Assembly (NCBI GenBank): GCA_013239625.1
Contig: MU054212.1
Location: 2,728,001 to 2,792,000 of the forward strand
Direction: 5' to 3'
DNA: 64,000 nt
Source: Lama guanicoe
Lineage: Eukaryota
Positions 63,605 to 64,000 of this stretch are shown here, one piece after another. Positions within the stretch are counted from its first letter, which is position 1, and every line of letters begins with the position of its first letter. The translations under genes and the position numbers were made by a program. The notes beneath the pieces were generated by a model that was given only the letters and a program-made list of their open reading frames with translations, ran no database searches and was not told the origin of the DNA.

Positions 63605-63618
63605 CTGCCATCTGCTGG
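63605..63618 (-). promoter_or_regulatory. CTCF core motif CCAGCAGATGGCAG (minus strand)
   Basis: ctgccatctgctgg on the + strand. Exact match to CCASYAGRKGGCRS. Confidence 0.55.
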
Positions 63619-64000
63619 GGACGGGTTCATCCCCTAAACCACACCCACAGCTGGCTGCCCCGGCCTGTGGCCTAGATGGTCACACAGGGCCTGCGCTCAA
63701 GACCCTGAACTTGGTGCAGTGCCCTCCTGCTGCCATCCTGAAATTCCGAACACTCGTTCAGCAAGGGGCCCTGTGTCTTCATTTTGCGCTGGGGCCCTGA
63801 GCTATGTGGCCGTGCCTGCCTCACTGGTTCCCTGTCCCTGCAGAATGAAGTCCTGACCTGTAAGCTCCCCGGGCCCAGCCCTGCACACTTCCCGGCCCTC
63901 CCTTCTGCTCTCTGCTCCGGGCTCAGGGCGGCTCTTCCCAGGCTCGGCTCCTCTGCACTCCCCGCACGGGCTCTCGCCTCTGGCTGTGCTGGGCTGACCC

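Noticed and set aside
50051..63611. Many overlapping 60-150 aa ORFs in the downstream region
   Set aside because: No recognisable domains or consistent splice structure. Explained by GC-rich composition and repeat remnants.
1..64000. tRNA, rRNA, snoRNA or a novel multi-gene system
   Set aside because: None recognised by eye. All coding-like signal is explained by TAF4B and transposon remnants. An Infernal/Rfam scan would be needed to exclude small RNAs.

Overview
Mammalian genomic DNA, not prokaryotic. The young L1 3' ends resemble camelid (Camelus/Vicugna) L1s, which is an inference from recall. The window holds the 3' part of TAF4B, the gonad-enriched TFIID subunit, on the + strand: five coding exons (2773-2903, 7734-7859, 13406-13462, 26020-26130, 41567-41734) splice in frame through canonical AG/GT sites. 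They encode the histone-fold/spacer/CCTD C-terminus ending ...ALYLALLK*. A 3'UTR of about 1.7 kb follows, probably ending near ATTAAA 43401. About 20 kb of downstream intergenic DNA is more GC-rich in patches and contains CTCF motifs and enhancer-like motif clusters. Introns and intergenic DNA are dense in transposons: young and old L1, L2, MIR, a decayed ERV-L gag-pol fragment, MaLR LTRs, Tigger derivatives, MER2, MER3, MER5A and MER58. I found no convincing new protein-coding system. The best second-look items are candidate poison exons and intronic polyadenylation sites in TAF4B, a CPE overlapping a proximal poly(A) hexamer, a Ser-Gly duplication, convergent CTCF sites, an L1 inverted at the RT motif, and a 52-nt hairpin. 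Repeat subfamily names and edges are by eye and approximate.
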